Part shown: positions 1 through 9,008 of the stretch, piece by piece
How the letters are laid out: every line of letters begins with the position of its first letter
Position numbering within the stretch: the first letter of the stretch is position 1
Made by a program: the position numbers and the translations under genes
Sequence record: DRR723986_7992
DNA length: 34,130 nucleotides
Reading direction: 5' to 3' (one strand)
The notes under the pieces: generated by a model
What the model saw: the letters and a program-made list of their open reading frames with translations, nothing else
Databases searched by the model: none
Told to the model about the DNA's origin: nothing

Positions 1-44
1 AGCCAGCCAGCCAGCCAGCCAGCCAGCCAGACAGACAGACAGAC
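1..44. repeat. Compound tetranucleotide microsatellite (AGCC)7(AGAC)4, truncated by the window edge
   Basis: Read directly: AGCC x7 (1-28) followed by AGAC x4 (29-44). Confidence 0.95.
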
Positions 45-210
45 AAGCAGCCACGCCGCGGTGTGGGAGATAATCAGAAGGGGGAAAGAGCGGGGTGTTC
101 TTCTTGGGAAGACGCGCCTTCTGAAGGACAGCCGTCCGCAAGAGGGCCTACACGCCTGATTGCGAGTTGTTCGCTTCGTTTGAAAAGGTGCTGTAGATCG
201 CTTCCGGGGA

Positions 211-789
211 TCAGGATCCGGGCAGGGCCTTCTCGATCGCGGCGGTCACGTCCGATGCAGTCGGCGGCACAGGCGTCGGGAACCAGGCAAGGATGCTGCC
301 GTCTGGCCCGACGAGATACTTGTGGAAGTTCCAGTAGGGGCGTGCCGTGGGGCCAAGCTCGCTTGCTGCCCATCGATAAAAAGGATGGGCCTTTTCGCCT
401 TTCACGACCGTCTTGGCGGCAAGTGGAAATTCGGCACCGTACTTGGCTTCGCAGAACTTTGCGATGTCGCCGTCGGCGCGCGGTTCCTGGCCGCCGAAAT
501 CGTTGGACGGAACCCCGAGCACAAGCAAGCCGCGGTCCGAATAGGTTTCATGCAGCTTCTGCAAGCCGGCCAGTTGCCCGCTGAAGCCGCATTCCGTTGC
601 CGTGTTGACGATCAGAATGGCCTTGCCGGCATAATCCTTGAGCGCAATCGGTTCGCCATAGGGCATTTCGAAGGTGAAGGCATGGGCCGACTGAGCTGCT
701 TCGCTTTGGCCCTCAAGGTCCTTGGCTTGAGCAACGGCACAAAGGCACGTTGCCGCCAGACACCAGACGAAAGAAAGAAGCCGGTACAT
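211..789 (-). CDS. gpx: Glutathione peroxidase (Cys-type) with N-terminal signal peptide
   Basis: Motifs VNTATECGF, VPSNDFGGQEP and WNFHKYLV; start moved to ATG 789 (MYRLL..., GAGGG RBS), followed by a hydrophobic leader ending AQA. Confidence 0.93.
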   Translation of the reverse strand: MYRLLSFVWCLAATCLCAVAQAKDLEGQSEAAQSAHAFTFEMPYGEPIALKDYAGKAILIVNTATECGFSGQLAGLQKLHETYSDRGLLVLGVPSNDFGGQEPRADGDIAKFCEAKYGAEFPLAAKTVVKGEKAHPFYRWAASELGPTARPYWNFHKYLVGPDGSILAWFPTPVPPTASDVTAAIEKALPGS

Positions 790-890
790 TTCAACACCCT
801 CACGCTTTGGCAATGATACGCGCCGGGGCTGGCAACAGATCACCGCGTGTGTGCCGCAGTACCTGAATGCCGGTTGCCTTCTGTCGGCCG

Positions 891-1457
891 TTACCCGCCG
901 CGGAACCCGGAACTCGACCGACTGCCGAACCCGCCACGTGAAGCGACGGAAGTCCTTGTCTGGACTTTTGCCGGCTTGGGTGGCGTCTTCACCGCATCGT
1001 CATAGGTACGCCAGCTGCCGCCGCCATAACTGCCGACGTAATAGCCGCCGGATGTGTAGTAGCGTTTGCTGCCGCGTTCCGGATAGACCGGGCGGACGTT
1101 GCTCTGGATCAGTTGGTTGGTAACGGCACCGGTCAGTGCCCCTGCCAGGAAATAACCTGCCGGAAATGGCGTGTAGTAGGAAGAGCCGTCGGTGGCACTG
1201 TCGTAGGCGCAAACGTTGTTGCCGTGTTGCTCGTTACACAGGTTGACGGTGTCATAGCGTGGTCCGGAGGCCTTGTGGATTGACTTGCCGGCGGTAATTG
1301 CCTCGACACAAACCTCGTCCGGGACGTAGCTGTCGGCGACACATTCCGCCTCGGTCTTGTAGACCCGGCCATCCAGCGTCGGTTCGTCCGAGCAGCCTGC
1401 AATGGTCACGGTCGTCGTTGCCATGACCACCAGCTTGATCGACTTGGAGCGTTTCAT
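891..1457 (-). CDS. yjfM: DUF1190 family lipoprotein (YjfM/YgiB-like)
   Basis: MKRSK.. start, IAGC lipobox, four further Cys, C-terminal SRGGFG..SSSG tail; yjf gene context. Confidence 0.85.
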   Translation of the reverse strand: MKRSKSIKLVVMATTTVTIAGCSDEPTLDGRVYKTEAECVADSYVPDEVCVEAITAGKSIHKASGPRYDTVNLCNEQHGNNVCAYDSATDGSSYYTPFPAGYFLAGALTGAVTNQLIQSNVRPVYPERGSKRYYTSGGYYVGSYGGGSWRTYDDAVKTPPKPAKVQTRTSVASRGGFGSRSSSGFRGG

Positions 1458-1547
1458 GAATTTTCTCCCGACCTTCAAACGGTCTGATGAAATGCTTTGC
1501 GTGATACGGTTCGGGGCATCAGCGCAGGGCGGCCCGTACTGCCTCGG

Positions 1548-1970
1548 TCAGTAGGTGATGCAGGCGGCGTTCAGCAGGCCGACCGTCAATGAAATGGCAG
1601 CAAGATTGGTGCTGATCGCCATTTCACCACCCTTGATCCGGTCCGTGACCTTCGGGAAGAACCTGCGGAAGACCTGGTAGACCACAAGCTGTGCGGCACA
1701 GGCGATGATGCCCCAGATGATGAAGTCGATGATACTCACGGAATTCGCCGCGGCGCTGGCCAGAGGCAACGAAAAGCCGAGGAAGGCCGCGCTGAAGACC
1801 ACCGAAGCGGCAACGTTGTTTTCCTTGATCAACGCCATTTCGTCATGCGGGGTCATGACGGTATAGATTTTCATGAAAATCAGCAGCATGACGATGGCTG
1901 TAATGAAATAGGCAATAAAAGGAACGATGCCTGAAAGGGACGCCTGAAGGTCTGCCATATTGGTCTCCAC
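1548..1970 (-). CDS. yjfL: DUF350 family membrane protein (YjfL-like)
   Basis: Four hydrophobic segments, TPHDEMALIKENNVAAS motif, C-terminal GLLNAACITY. Confidence 0.88.
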   Translation of the reverse strand: METNMADLQASLSGIVPFIAYFITAIVMLLIFMKIYTVMTPHDEMALIKENNVAASVVFSAAFLGFSLPLASAAANSVSIIDFIIWGIIACAAQLVVYQVFRRFFPKVTDRIKGGEMAISTNLAAISLTVGLLNAACITY

Positions 1971-1978
1971 TATTCAGT

Positions 1979-2626
1979 TCAGACAGAAAAATTGTGCCGC
2001 TCAAGCGGGAAGCCTAGCATGAACGCGACGCTGCGTTCCGCATTTTCCGGCTCTTCCATGTTGACGAGCAGCATTTCGTCCCGGCCGTCCTGCAGGGGGC
2101 GGGCAAAAAGCATGGCGGTCTGGAAGATCTTGCGCCTTCCGCGGCCTTCGCGGTCGTCGCACACTTCCTCCCAGTAGGTCATCGGATCTTCCGGCGCAGT
2201 CGACGTATCGAACCAGGCCCGCTCGAAACGGTAGTCGCGATCTTCGCCCGGCAGTGAAAAGCTCGTCTGGCGGATTGCGGATTTCACCCGGTTCCACTCG
2301 GTGTCGCCGGTCGGGTACTGCACGTCATAGAAGTACCACAGCATGATCTCGTCAACCCGCTCGTCGTTCTTGCCGTCGCCGCCCTGAAACTGGATCAGGA
2401 AGCGGTCGTCGTCAGGATAGAAACGATGCATGTGCGATTGTTCGCCAAGGTCGCAATGCCCCTGGGCGGTGATCATCAGCGTGGTGTCGGGACGTTCGAT
2501 CAGACTGTCGGCAGGCAGCAGGCGAAGCGCGATCGGATCGAAGGAAATGCCTCTGCCGATGGTCAGACCGAGAACTTCCGGCGGCTGCCAGCCTTTGTCC
2601 TTCTTGTTAAACAGTGATCCGAACAT
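1979..2626 (-). CDS. yjfK: DUF2491 family protein (YjfK-like)
   Basis: MFGSLFNKK start, GHCDLG..HRFY.DDD.FLIQ and QTAMLFAR motifs; lies directly upstream of the DUF350 gene. Confidence 0.8.
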   Translation of the reverse strand: MFGSLFNKKDKGWQPPEVLGLTIGRGISFDPIALRLLPADSLIERPDTTLMITAQGHCDLGEQSHMHRFYPDDDRFLIQFQGGDGKNDERVDEIMLWYFYDVQYPTGDTEWNRVKSAIRQTSFSLPGEDRDYRFERAWFDTSTAPEDPMTYWEEVCDDREGRGRRKIFQTAMLFARPLQDGRDEMLLVNMEEPENAERSVAFMLGFPLERHNFSV

Positions 2627-3662
2627 CAGCTCCCCCCAGACCGGCCGTGATCTCGCCCGCCGCGAGACGTTTGTTGGCGAGATAATAGATCGAGCCGCCT
2701 GTCTTTAACGTCTTGGGGAAAGGTCTGAACAGGAAATCCGGATCGTCCGGCTGGGAAACCGCAATCAGCGTACCTTCGGCGCCTGAAAGGGCCTGTTCCA
2801 GTTTGTCGGTTTCGGTGCCGCCCCCGCTTTGGACGATGGCCGAATAAATGGTTGCGCCGAGGCCCGCTGTGGAAAGGGCCATCAGGATCTGACCCGCGCC
2901 GGGGTCCTGCGCGGCGCGTACCAGTGCTTCGCAGGCGTTCGACACCACCGGTTCGATTCGCGCAAGGTTGCCTGCGCGCCGGGCGGTGTCACGGTCCTCG
3001 AAATAGGCCGCAATGTGAACGGTCTCGTTAAGTTCGCGAATGGCAAGGCAGGTGTTGAAGGTTTCTGCATCCGAGCCGGCGTAGACCAGCACTTTCTGCG
3101 CGCCTGGAATGGCCGCACGGCGCAGTGACTGCAGGGCGTCCATGCGTTCTGCCCGGATCAGCCGTACGCCCTCCGGCACTTCCACGTTCTTGGAGTCCGC
3201 AAGCAGAATAATCTTGTCGTCTCCGTCCTGGCCGGCAACCAGGTTCTCCACCATCAAGGGTGTCTTGTCCCGGTGATAGCCGACAATCACCGTGGCGTTC
3301 TGCACGCGCTCATAGTTTCCGTTGCCGTCAGCCATACGCCTCACTCCTTCCACAAGGACACCCGTCAACCGGCCCAGGACGGCCGAGAAAATCAGCAACG
3401 CACCCGGAAAGAACCAGAAGGCGGCCACCATCCGGCCTGCTTCCGTCGACGGAGACAGGTCGCCGTAACCGACCGTCGAGGCGGTTGTCGCGGCAAAATA
3501 GATGAAGGTCAGCGGATTGCCCGTCAGGCCTGTTTCACCAGCCAGGAAAAACAGGATCCACGAGATCACCATATAGGCGCATATCAGCGTCGCAAGCAGC
3601 CAGAGCTTGAGCTCGAGGACGTGTTGGTAGAGCCGAGAAATGATGAGTTGCAGGATTGGCAC
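2607..3662 (-). CDS. Potassium channel family protein (2-TM pore plus RCK/TrkA-N-like domain)
   Basis: Selectivity filter TASTVGYGD between two TM helices, Rossmann-like VIVGY segment; likely GTG start at 3662; overlaps the yjfK-like start. Confidence 0.88.
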   Translation of the reverse strand: MPILQLIISRLYQHVLELKLWLLATLICAYMVISWILFFLAGETGLTGNPLTFIYFAATTASTVGYGDLSPSTEAGRMVAAFWFFPGALLIFSAVLGRLTGVLVEGVRRMADGNGNYERVQNATVIVGYHRDKTPLMVENLVAGQDGDDKIILLADSKNVEVPEGVRLIRAERMDALQSLRRAAIPGAQKVLVYAGSDAETFNTCLAIRELNETVHIAAYFEDRDTARRAGNLARIEPVVSNACEALVRAAQDPGAGQILMALSTAGLGATIYSAIVQSGGGTETDKLEQALSGAEGTLIAVSQPDDPDFLFRPFPKTLKTGGSIYYLANKRLAAGEITAGLGGADVRITV

Positions 3663-3696
3663 CGCTGAAATTTGCCCCCTGTTTCGGTCGCCGGCT

Positions 3697-3779
3697 ACTC
3701 TGACCAGAGCCCGCCCTATTGTCAATTCGGCATAGCTTTCCGAATAATCGCTTGAAACGGCTAGACGGGGCTTCTACTT
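3697..3779. promoter_or_regulatory. Back-to-back divergent promoters with a central palindrome
   Basis: Minus-strand TTGACA (3725-3720)-N17-CAGAGT; plus-strand CTTGAA (3751-3756)-N16-TCTACTT; inverted repeat ATTCGG-N9-CCGAAT at 3725-3745. Confidence 0.45.
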
Positions 3780-3825
3780 GTTCGAGGCCGGATCCCGGCA
3801 CCGTATTTGAAATGGAGGGCTTTGG

Positions 3826-4266
3826 ATGAGTACGCGGCAATCTCCCTGGACACTTGCGGAGCTGAAGGAAGCTCTGGAGCAATCGGATTCCTTCGCGGCA
3901 GGTGAAATCAGCTGCACGGTGAGTTCCGATCAGGCCGGCGTGCTGGAAGTCCAGCTTCACTCGGCCGGTGAAATCACACTGTTCATGGTTGTCGGCGAAA
4001 CCCAGATCCTGACGTCCACGGTTCTGTGGCCTTGCGATGCTCAGGAGGACCCGGCCTCCTTCGAGGCGATGATGCTGCGCAATCACAAGAAGCTGCTGCC
4101 GCTCTGCGCCCTGTCCATCGATATGATCGACGGACGCGAATATTACGAGCTCTTCGGCGCCATGTCCGTGCGCTCGACACTGGATTCGGTCGAGACGGAA
4201 TTGCGCACCATCGCCAACAGCGCTCTGGAGCTGGCCGCCGACGTCGGTCCCAAGGCCGCTGCCTGA
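3826..4266 (+). CDS. yjfI: YjfI family protein (DUF2170)
   Basis: HKKLLPLCAL and YYELFGAMS..S motifs; GGAGG RBS; directly upstream of the PspA homolog. Confidence 0.85.
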   Translation: MSTRQSPWTLAELKEALEQSDSFAAGEISCTVSSDQAGVLEVQLHSAGEITLFMVVGETQILTSTVLWPCDAQEDPASFEAMMLRNHKKLLPLCALSIDMIDGREYYELFGAMSVRSTLDSVETELRTIANSALELAADVGPKAAA

Positions 4267-4299
4267 TCCCGCCGCCAATTTGAAGAAGGACATTTGAAA

Positions 4300-4971
4300 A
4301 TGAGTGTTTGGGGCAAATTGATTACGGCGTTCAAGGGCCACGCCCACAATGCCGCGGAATCCGTTCAGGACGCCAACCTGATGACGATCCTTGAACAGGA
4401 AATCCGCGAAGCAAAACAGGCGATCGGTGCAGCCAAGGACGAAAAGGCGCGCATGGCAGCCAACCGCAAGCTGAAGGAAAAATCCGTCGCCGAACTGATG
4501 ACCGAAATCGAGCGGCGTACGGAAGCGGCCCGCAGTGCCAAGGCACAGGGCGACGAGCCGCTGGCCATCGAGATCATCGAGAGCGTGCTGAAACTGCGCG
4601 ACAAGGCGGAAGCCGATCAGGCTCTGTTCGATCAGTACAAGTCCACCGAAGAGCGCATGGACAGCACCATTCGGCAGTCGATGAACAAGATCGAGACCCT
4701 GCAGCGCAAGATGGAAAGCGCAAAGGCCAACGAAGCGTTGATCAAGGCCCAGAAGGCGGCCTCCACCAACACCACGGCTTCCGACGGCCGACTGGCCAGT
4801 GCGGTCGACAGCCTCGCACGCCTGGAACAGCGCCAGGCGGAACAGCAGGCCATGCTGGAAGCGGCTGAGGAAGACGCTCGCCTGGAAAGCGGCGCCGATC
4901 TGGAAGCCAAGATCAAGGCCCTGGAAAATCCGGCCCGCAACGACGTGCAGGCTCTTCTGGCGAAACTCTGA
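4300..4971 (+). CDS. yjfJ: PspA/IM30 family protein (YjfJ-like)
   Basis: MSVWGKLITAFKG amphipathic N-terminus, ILEQEIREA, long coiled coil, DLEAKIKAL..LLAKL C-terminus. Confidence 0.92.
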   Translation: MSVWGKLITAFKGHAHNAAESVQDANLMTILEQEIREAKQAIGAAKDEKARMAANRKLKEKSVAELMTEIERRTEAARSAKAQGDEPLAIEIIESVLKLRDKAEADQALFDQYKSTEERMDSTIRQSMNKIETLQRKMESAKANEALIKAQKAASTNTTASDGRLASAVDSLARLEQRQAEQQAMLEAAEEDARLESGADLEAKIKALENPARNDVQALLAKL

Positions 4972-4986
4972 CGCCCCGCCTGCACC

Positions 4987-6153
4987 ATGAAGCGGATCGC
5001 AGTTCCTGAAAGACCGGGGTGGAAGGAAGAAGCCGAGCGCCTCGGCTTCGGCTTTCACACCATGTACGGCGCACCGTACTGGGACGAGACTCACGCCTAT
5101 CAGTTCACTCTGCGCGAGATCGAGGACGACCTCGAGGATCCCTCGCAGGAGCTCTACGGCATGTGCCTCGATCTGGTTGATCGGGCTGTCCGTGACGACA
5201 GTCTCATGGACATGATGGCGATCCCGGAAAAATACCGCTCCTGGATCCGCAATTCCTGGGAGCAGCAACATCCCTCGCTTTATGGCCGCTTCGATTTCTT
5301 CTACGACGGCAGCGGGCCTGCGAAGCTCCTCGAATTCAATGCCGACACGCCAACGGCGCTTTACGAAACCGGCTTCTTTCAGTGGATCTGGCTGGAGCAG
5401 CAGATGGCGGCTGGCGTTCTGCCGACCGACAGCGATCAGTTCAACTCCGTTCAGGATCGCCTGATCGAGCGGTTCGCCGCCATGTTCGCGCCCGGCTATC
5501 ACATCCACTTCGCCTCATCGAAGGATCACGATGAAGATCGTGCAACCGTGCGCTATCTGGAAGACTGCGCGCGGCAGGCGGGGCTGATACCGCATTTTGT
5601 TGCTGTGGAAGAGATCGGGCTCGACGGCGAGGGCCGGTTTGCCGACGCCGACAGTTTCGTGATCGACGCCCTGTTCAAGCTGTATCCCTACGAAGACATG
5701 CTGCGCGAGGATTACGGCCCCTATCTGCCCGATGCGCCGATACAGTTGCTTGAGCCGCCCTGGAAGGCCGTGCTTTCGAACAAGGCAATCCTGCCGCTGC
5801 TCTGGCAGATGTTTCCGGGCCATCCGAACCTGCTGCCGTCCTATTTCGAGGGAGAGGCGGATGAGGCATTCCTGAAGGCCCCGCATGTGCGCAAGCCTTT
5901 CTTCAGTCGGGAGGGCGCCAACATCACGGTGCGTGGTCTCGGATCTGAAGAACTCAGCACACCCGGCGGGTATGGCGCGGAAGGCCACATCCTGCAGGCC
6001 TATGCGGAACCGCCGAAATTCGGCGACGACTACGTCATGATCGGTTCATGGATCATTGGCGGTCAGGCATCAGGCATCTGCCTGCGCGAGGACAAGGCAC
6101 CGGTGACGCAAGACCTGTCGCGGTTTGTGCCTCATGTCATTCTGGAAAGCTGA
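4987..6153 (+). CDS. yjfC: Glutathionylspermidine synthase family ATP-grasp ligase (YjfC/YgiC-like)
   Basis: YGRFDF, LLEFNADTPT, FKLYPYE, EPPWKAVLSNK, KPFFSREGANI and SRFVPH motifs. Confidence 0.95.
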   Translation: MKRIAVPERPGWKEEAERLGFGFHTMYGAPYWDETHAYQFTLREIEDDLEDPSQELYGMCLDLVDRAVRDDSLMDMMAIPEKYRSWIRNSWEQQHPSLYGRFDFFYDGSGPAKLLEFNADTPTALYETGFFQWIWLEQQMAAGVLPTDSDQFNSVQDRLIERFAAMFAPGYHIHFASSKDHDEDRATVRYLEDCARQAGLIPHFVAVEEIGLDGEGRFADADSFVIDALFKLYPYEDMLREDYGPYLPDAPIQLLEPPWKAVLSNKAILPLLWQMFPGHPNLLPSYFEGEADEAFLKAPHVRKPFFSREGANITVRGLGSEELSTPGGYGAEGHILQAYAEPPKFGDDYVMIGSWIIGGQASGICLREDKAPVTQDLSRFVPHVILES

Positions 6154-6190
6154 TTGCCGAAAACGCGCTGGTTGACGGGGTATGCTTGGA

Positions 6191-6276
6191 TGTGAAACCG
6201 ACCCGGCGGCCGGGCGCGACCGTTATTATGGGTCGTTCTTGTTTTCGTGCGCCTCACGGCCGCCGGTCGGTTCACA
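6191..6276. repeat. Long imperfect inverted repeat (86-nt stem-loop) between convergent genes
   Basis: TGTGAAACCGACCCGGCGGCCG (6191-6212) pairs with CGGCCGCCGGTCGGTTCACA (6257-6276) with two single-base bulges; inner GGCGC/GCGCC and CGACC/GGTCG stems. Confidence 0.8.
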
Positions 6277-6315
6277 GGCAGGCTGTGTCAGCCCGCCCTG
6301 AAGTGAAACCCGGTA

Positions 6316-6498
6316 TCAGGAACGGCCGGCTGCAACTGATCTCGGCGGTGCCATGCCGTCATCTTGTTCCTGTCCGAAAAACGTTCCACCAAGCTGTCCG
6401 CCGGCGTTGGACTTGTCAGCGACCCGCTTGATCTTTTCTGCCTCCCGTTCGGCTTCCTTGCGAAGCTTCGGGCTGAGGTCATTCATGGAAAGGTCCAT
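6316..6498 (-). CDS. Small hypothetical protein (60 aa)
   Basis: Perfect AGGAGG RBS 5 nt before ATG; charged helical N-terminal half; host-like codons. Confidence 0.6.
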   Translation of the reverse strand: MDLSMNDLSPKLRKEAEREAEKIKRVADKSNAGGQLGGTFFGQEQDDGMAPPRSVAAGRS

Positions 6499-6695
6499 CT
6501 GGTCCTCCTGTGTTAGTTATGGGTCCATGGAATAAACGGAGCGCACACAGGATGGTTCCTTCTCCAGCCTGGAGAGGGGGACGGCGGAACGGATTTCTGG
6601 ACGGACAGAAACTCTATAAATCGCGAAAAAGCGGGCTGTCTGGACGGTTCGTGTTCGAGGCAAATTTTTTTGCGTAAAATTTAAGTCGCGGGATG

Positions 6696-6729
6696 GAGAG
6701 ACGCAGCTCCTCAAGAAGCTGCGTCTCTC
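6696..6729 (-). terminator. Perfect 13-bp hairpin downstream of the flavin reductase gene
   Basis: GAGAGACGCAGCT-N8-AGCTGCGTCTCTC, 13 nt after the stop codon; no clear U-tract. Confidence 0.55.
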
Positions 6730-6742
6730 GGCAAAAGGCCGT

Positions 6743-7231
6743 TTACAACGGGTGGAACGTTCCGTTCCAGTAAACCAGCGCGCCCGATGACTGGCTTTGC
6801 CGGATTGCACGCACCTTGCCGATGACAATCGAATGGGTCGCCCGGTCGATCATCTCCTCGACCTCGCAATCGAAAGCGGCCGGAGCATCTTCCAGGAGAA
6901 GTGCCCCGGTTTCCGCCGTGTGCCATTTGGCTCCGGCATAACGTTCCGCTCCCTTGACGCCGCTGAACCCCGAAAAGTTTTCGGCAACCTTGCGGTGCTC
7001 GGGCCCAAGCGAAGACCAGCCGAATTTCGGATACTTCTTCAGCAAGGGCCAACTGGAGGAAGCCTTGTTGACGCAGGCAAGCACCAGCGGCGGATCGGCG
7101 CTGAGAGACATTGCCGATGTGACGAGGAGGCCTGAAATGTCCTCTCCCTCACCGACCGTGATGACGGAACAATTGCCCACCAACGCCCGCATGGCGTTGG
7201 TGAATTCTCTGGACGGTATGGGGTCCATCAC
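6743..7231 (-). CDS. Flavin reductase family protein
   Basis: SLSADPPLVLACV and THSIVIGKV..LVYWNG motifs; 4-nt overlap with the LLM gene. Confidence 0.92.
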   Translation of the reverse strand: MMDPIPSREFTNAMRALVGNCSVITVGEGEDISGLLVTSAMSLSADPPLVLACVNKASSSWPLLKKYPKFGWSSLGPEHRKVAENFSGFSGVKGAERYAGAKWHTAETGALLLEDAPAAFDCEVEEMIDRATHSIVIGKVRAIRQSQSSGALVYWNGTFHPL

Positions 7232-8319
7232 CGGATACCGGCTTCCGCAAGCAGCGGCAGAACATTGTCACGGAAATACGGGAACTCCTCGACATAGTCG
7301 ACAAAGGAGAGCGTCGTTCCGGCAAAGCCTGTTTCGTGCAGTTTGAGGATGCCGTCGGCAACCTGCCGCGGAGTTCCAACCAGCGGGAACCCGCCGTGGC
7401 CCATGGCGAACAGGTTCTTGATCTGGGCCAGCAGGTCGTGCGGAAACGACTGCGCATGCGCGAACTGCAGATTGACAAGATTGTCCACCGCTTCCCAGTC
7501 TGCCAGATCGCCCATCAGCCGGTCTCGGAGGGCGGTCGCCTCTTCCTCAGTTTCCCGGCAGATGACGTGGCTGAAGGTCAGAACACCCACATCGCGCCCC
7601 TTCTCCGCCGCCTGCGCTTTCAGTTCCTTGATTTCGTCGACGGACCGGTTGAGATCGATGGCCGGCGTGAACAGGTAGTCGGCATTGTTGGTGGCAAAGG
7701 TCCGTCCGGTTGCCGAACCTGCCGCGTTCAGGATCGGTGGCCGGCCATTGACGGGCTTGGGGTCGCCGGCAACGTGCTTCAGGTTGAAGTACTTGCCCTC
7801 CCAGTCGAAATACTCCTTAGAGGTCCAGAGCTTCTCGACCACATCGAACCATTCCTGGGCGTAGCCGTAACGGGTCTCGTGATCGTCGGGCAGGGTCAGG
7901 CCAAGGGCTTCGTATTCCGGTTTGTTCCAGCCCGCGACAATGTTCAGGCCCGCGCGGCCATTGCCCACCTGGTCCATCGTGGCGATCTGCTTGGCCACGA
8001 CCACCGGATTGTTTGCAGCTGTATGCACCGTGGCGAACACAGTTATGTTTTTCGTTGAGGCCAGCAGCGCGGTTGCCCAGGTGACCGTTTCCAGCACGCT
8101 GCCGTGAAAGTCCGTCTCGCCGCCGTAACCGATCCAGCGGGCAATCGGCAGCATGAAGTCGATGCCGGCATCGTCCAGCATCTGGCCGAGTTTCAGGTTG
8201 TTTTCCCAGCTATTGACCCATCTGGACGGCGATTTGGTGACCGTCATCCCGGACGAGCAATTGGACGAAAACGTCCCGAGTTTGAAGCCGTTCTTGTCTT
8301 TCATCATGTTGGTAGGCAT
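7228..8319 (-). CDS. LLM-class (luciferase-like) flavin-dependent monooxygenase
   Basis: FMLPIARWIGYGG, TVH....PVVVAKQIATMD, GRAGLNIVAGW, NAAGS..GR.FA; start ATG 8319 with GGAGG RBS. Confidence 0.93.
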   Translation of the reverse strand: MPTNMMKDKNGFKLGTFSSNCSSGMTVTKSPSRWVNSWENNLKLGQMLDDAGIDFMLPIARWIGYGGETDFHGSVLETVTWATALLASTKNITVFATVHTAANNPVVVAKQIATMDQVGNGRAGLNIVAGWNKPEYEALGLTLPDDHETRYGYAQEWFDVVEKLWTSKEYFDWEGKYFNLKHVAGDPKPVNGRPPILNAAGSATGRTFATNNADYLFTPAIDLNRSVDEIKELKAQAAEKGRDVGVLTFSHVICRETEEEATALRDRLMGDLADWEAVDNLVNLQFAHAQSFPHDLLAQIKNLFAMGHGGFPLVGTPRQVADGILKLHETGFAGTTLSFVDYVEEFPYFRDNVLPLLAEAGIR

Positions 8320-8440
8320 GGATCCCCTCCATTTAGGATAGATTTTCAATTGTATTTTTTATTTAAAACTATGTGCAAAAACGCCCTTACGTCAAACTGA
8401 ATCGCAGCTATATTCGATCTGAAAAAACGAAGAGGGACCG

Positions 8441-8971
8441 ATGACCGGCAAGTCGGACGATCAGAAACTCAACTATCACTGGCACCTTTCGGAGAACGAT
8501 GCGGAGGTCGTCTGCACCGAGCTGGAATTCGCGTTGATGCGCTGTTTCGAGGCGTTCGGGCGATGGCAGACAGAATGCCTGGCGTCTGTCAGCGACGTTG
8601 GGGCGACCGGCCCGGAAAACGCACTGCTGCATATCGTGCGCATGAACGACCGGGCAAAAAGCATCAAGGAACTGGCCCGGCTTACCAACCGCGACGACAT
8701 TCCGAACATCCAGTATTCGATGCGAAAACTCGTGGCGGCGGGGCTGATTGAAAAGCAGGGCTCGGGCCGCACGGGTGTGACCTATCAGGCGACACCGGAA
8801 GGCAAGAAGATCACCGATGATTACGGCGCTGTGCGCAAACGGCTGCTGATTGAGCAGATCTCAAGTCTGCCCGAATTTGACAAGCGCCTGAAAGAAGCAG
8901 GTCAAAGCCTCAACATCCTGGCGGGCATCTACGAAGAGATATCCCGCATCGCCGCGACCTACCGCCGGTAA
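8441..8971 (+). CDS. Winged-helix (MarR-like) DNA-binding regulator
   Basis: ELEFALMR..EAF.RW and NRDDIPNIQYSMRKL...GLIEK wHTH; divergent from the LLM operon. Confidence 0.85.
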   Translation: MTGKSDDQKLNYHWHLSENDAEVVCTELEFALMRCFEAFGRWQTECLASVSDVGATGPENALLHIVRMNDRAKSIKELARLTNRDDIPNIQYSMRKLVAAGLIEKQGSGRTGVTYQATPEGKKITDDYGAVRKRLLIEQISSLPEFDKRLKEAGQSLNILAGIYEEISRIAATYRR

Positions 8972-9008
8972 CGGCGATCCTTGCGCGACGACGAGTAGTG
9001 TTCGTTTG

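Noticed and set aside
3535-5508. 657-aa minus-strand ORF
   Set aside because: Antisense shadow of yjfI/yjfJ/yjfC in GC-rich DNA; no protein motifs
6288-6482. Overlapping 64-aa frame suggesting a frameshifted pseudogene
   Set aside because: No RBS for that frame and no recognisable homology across a junction; the 60-aa ORF is self-consistent
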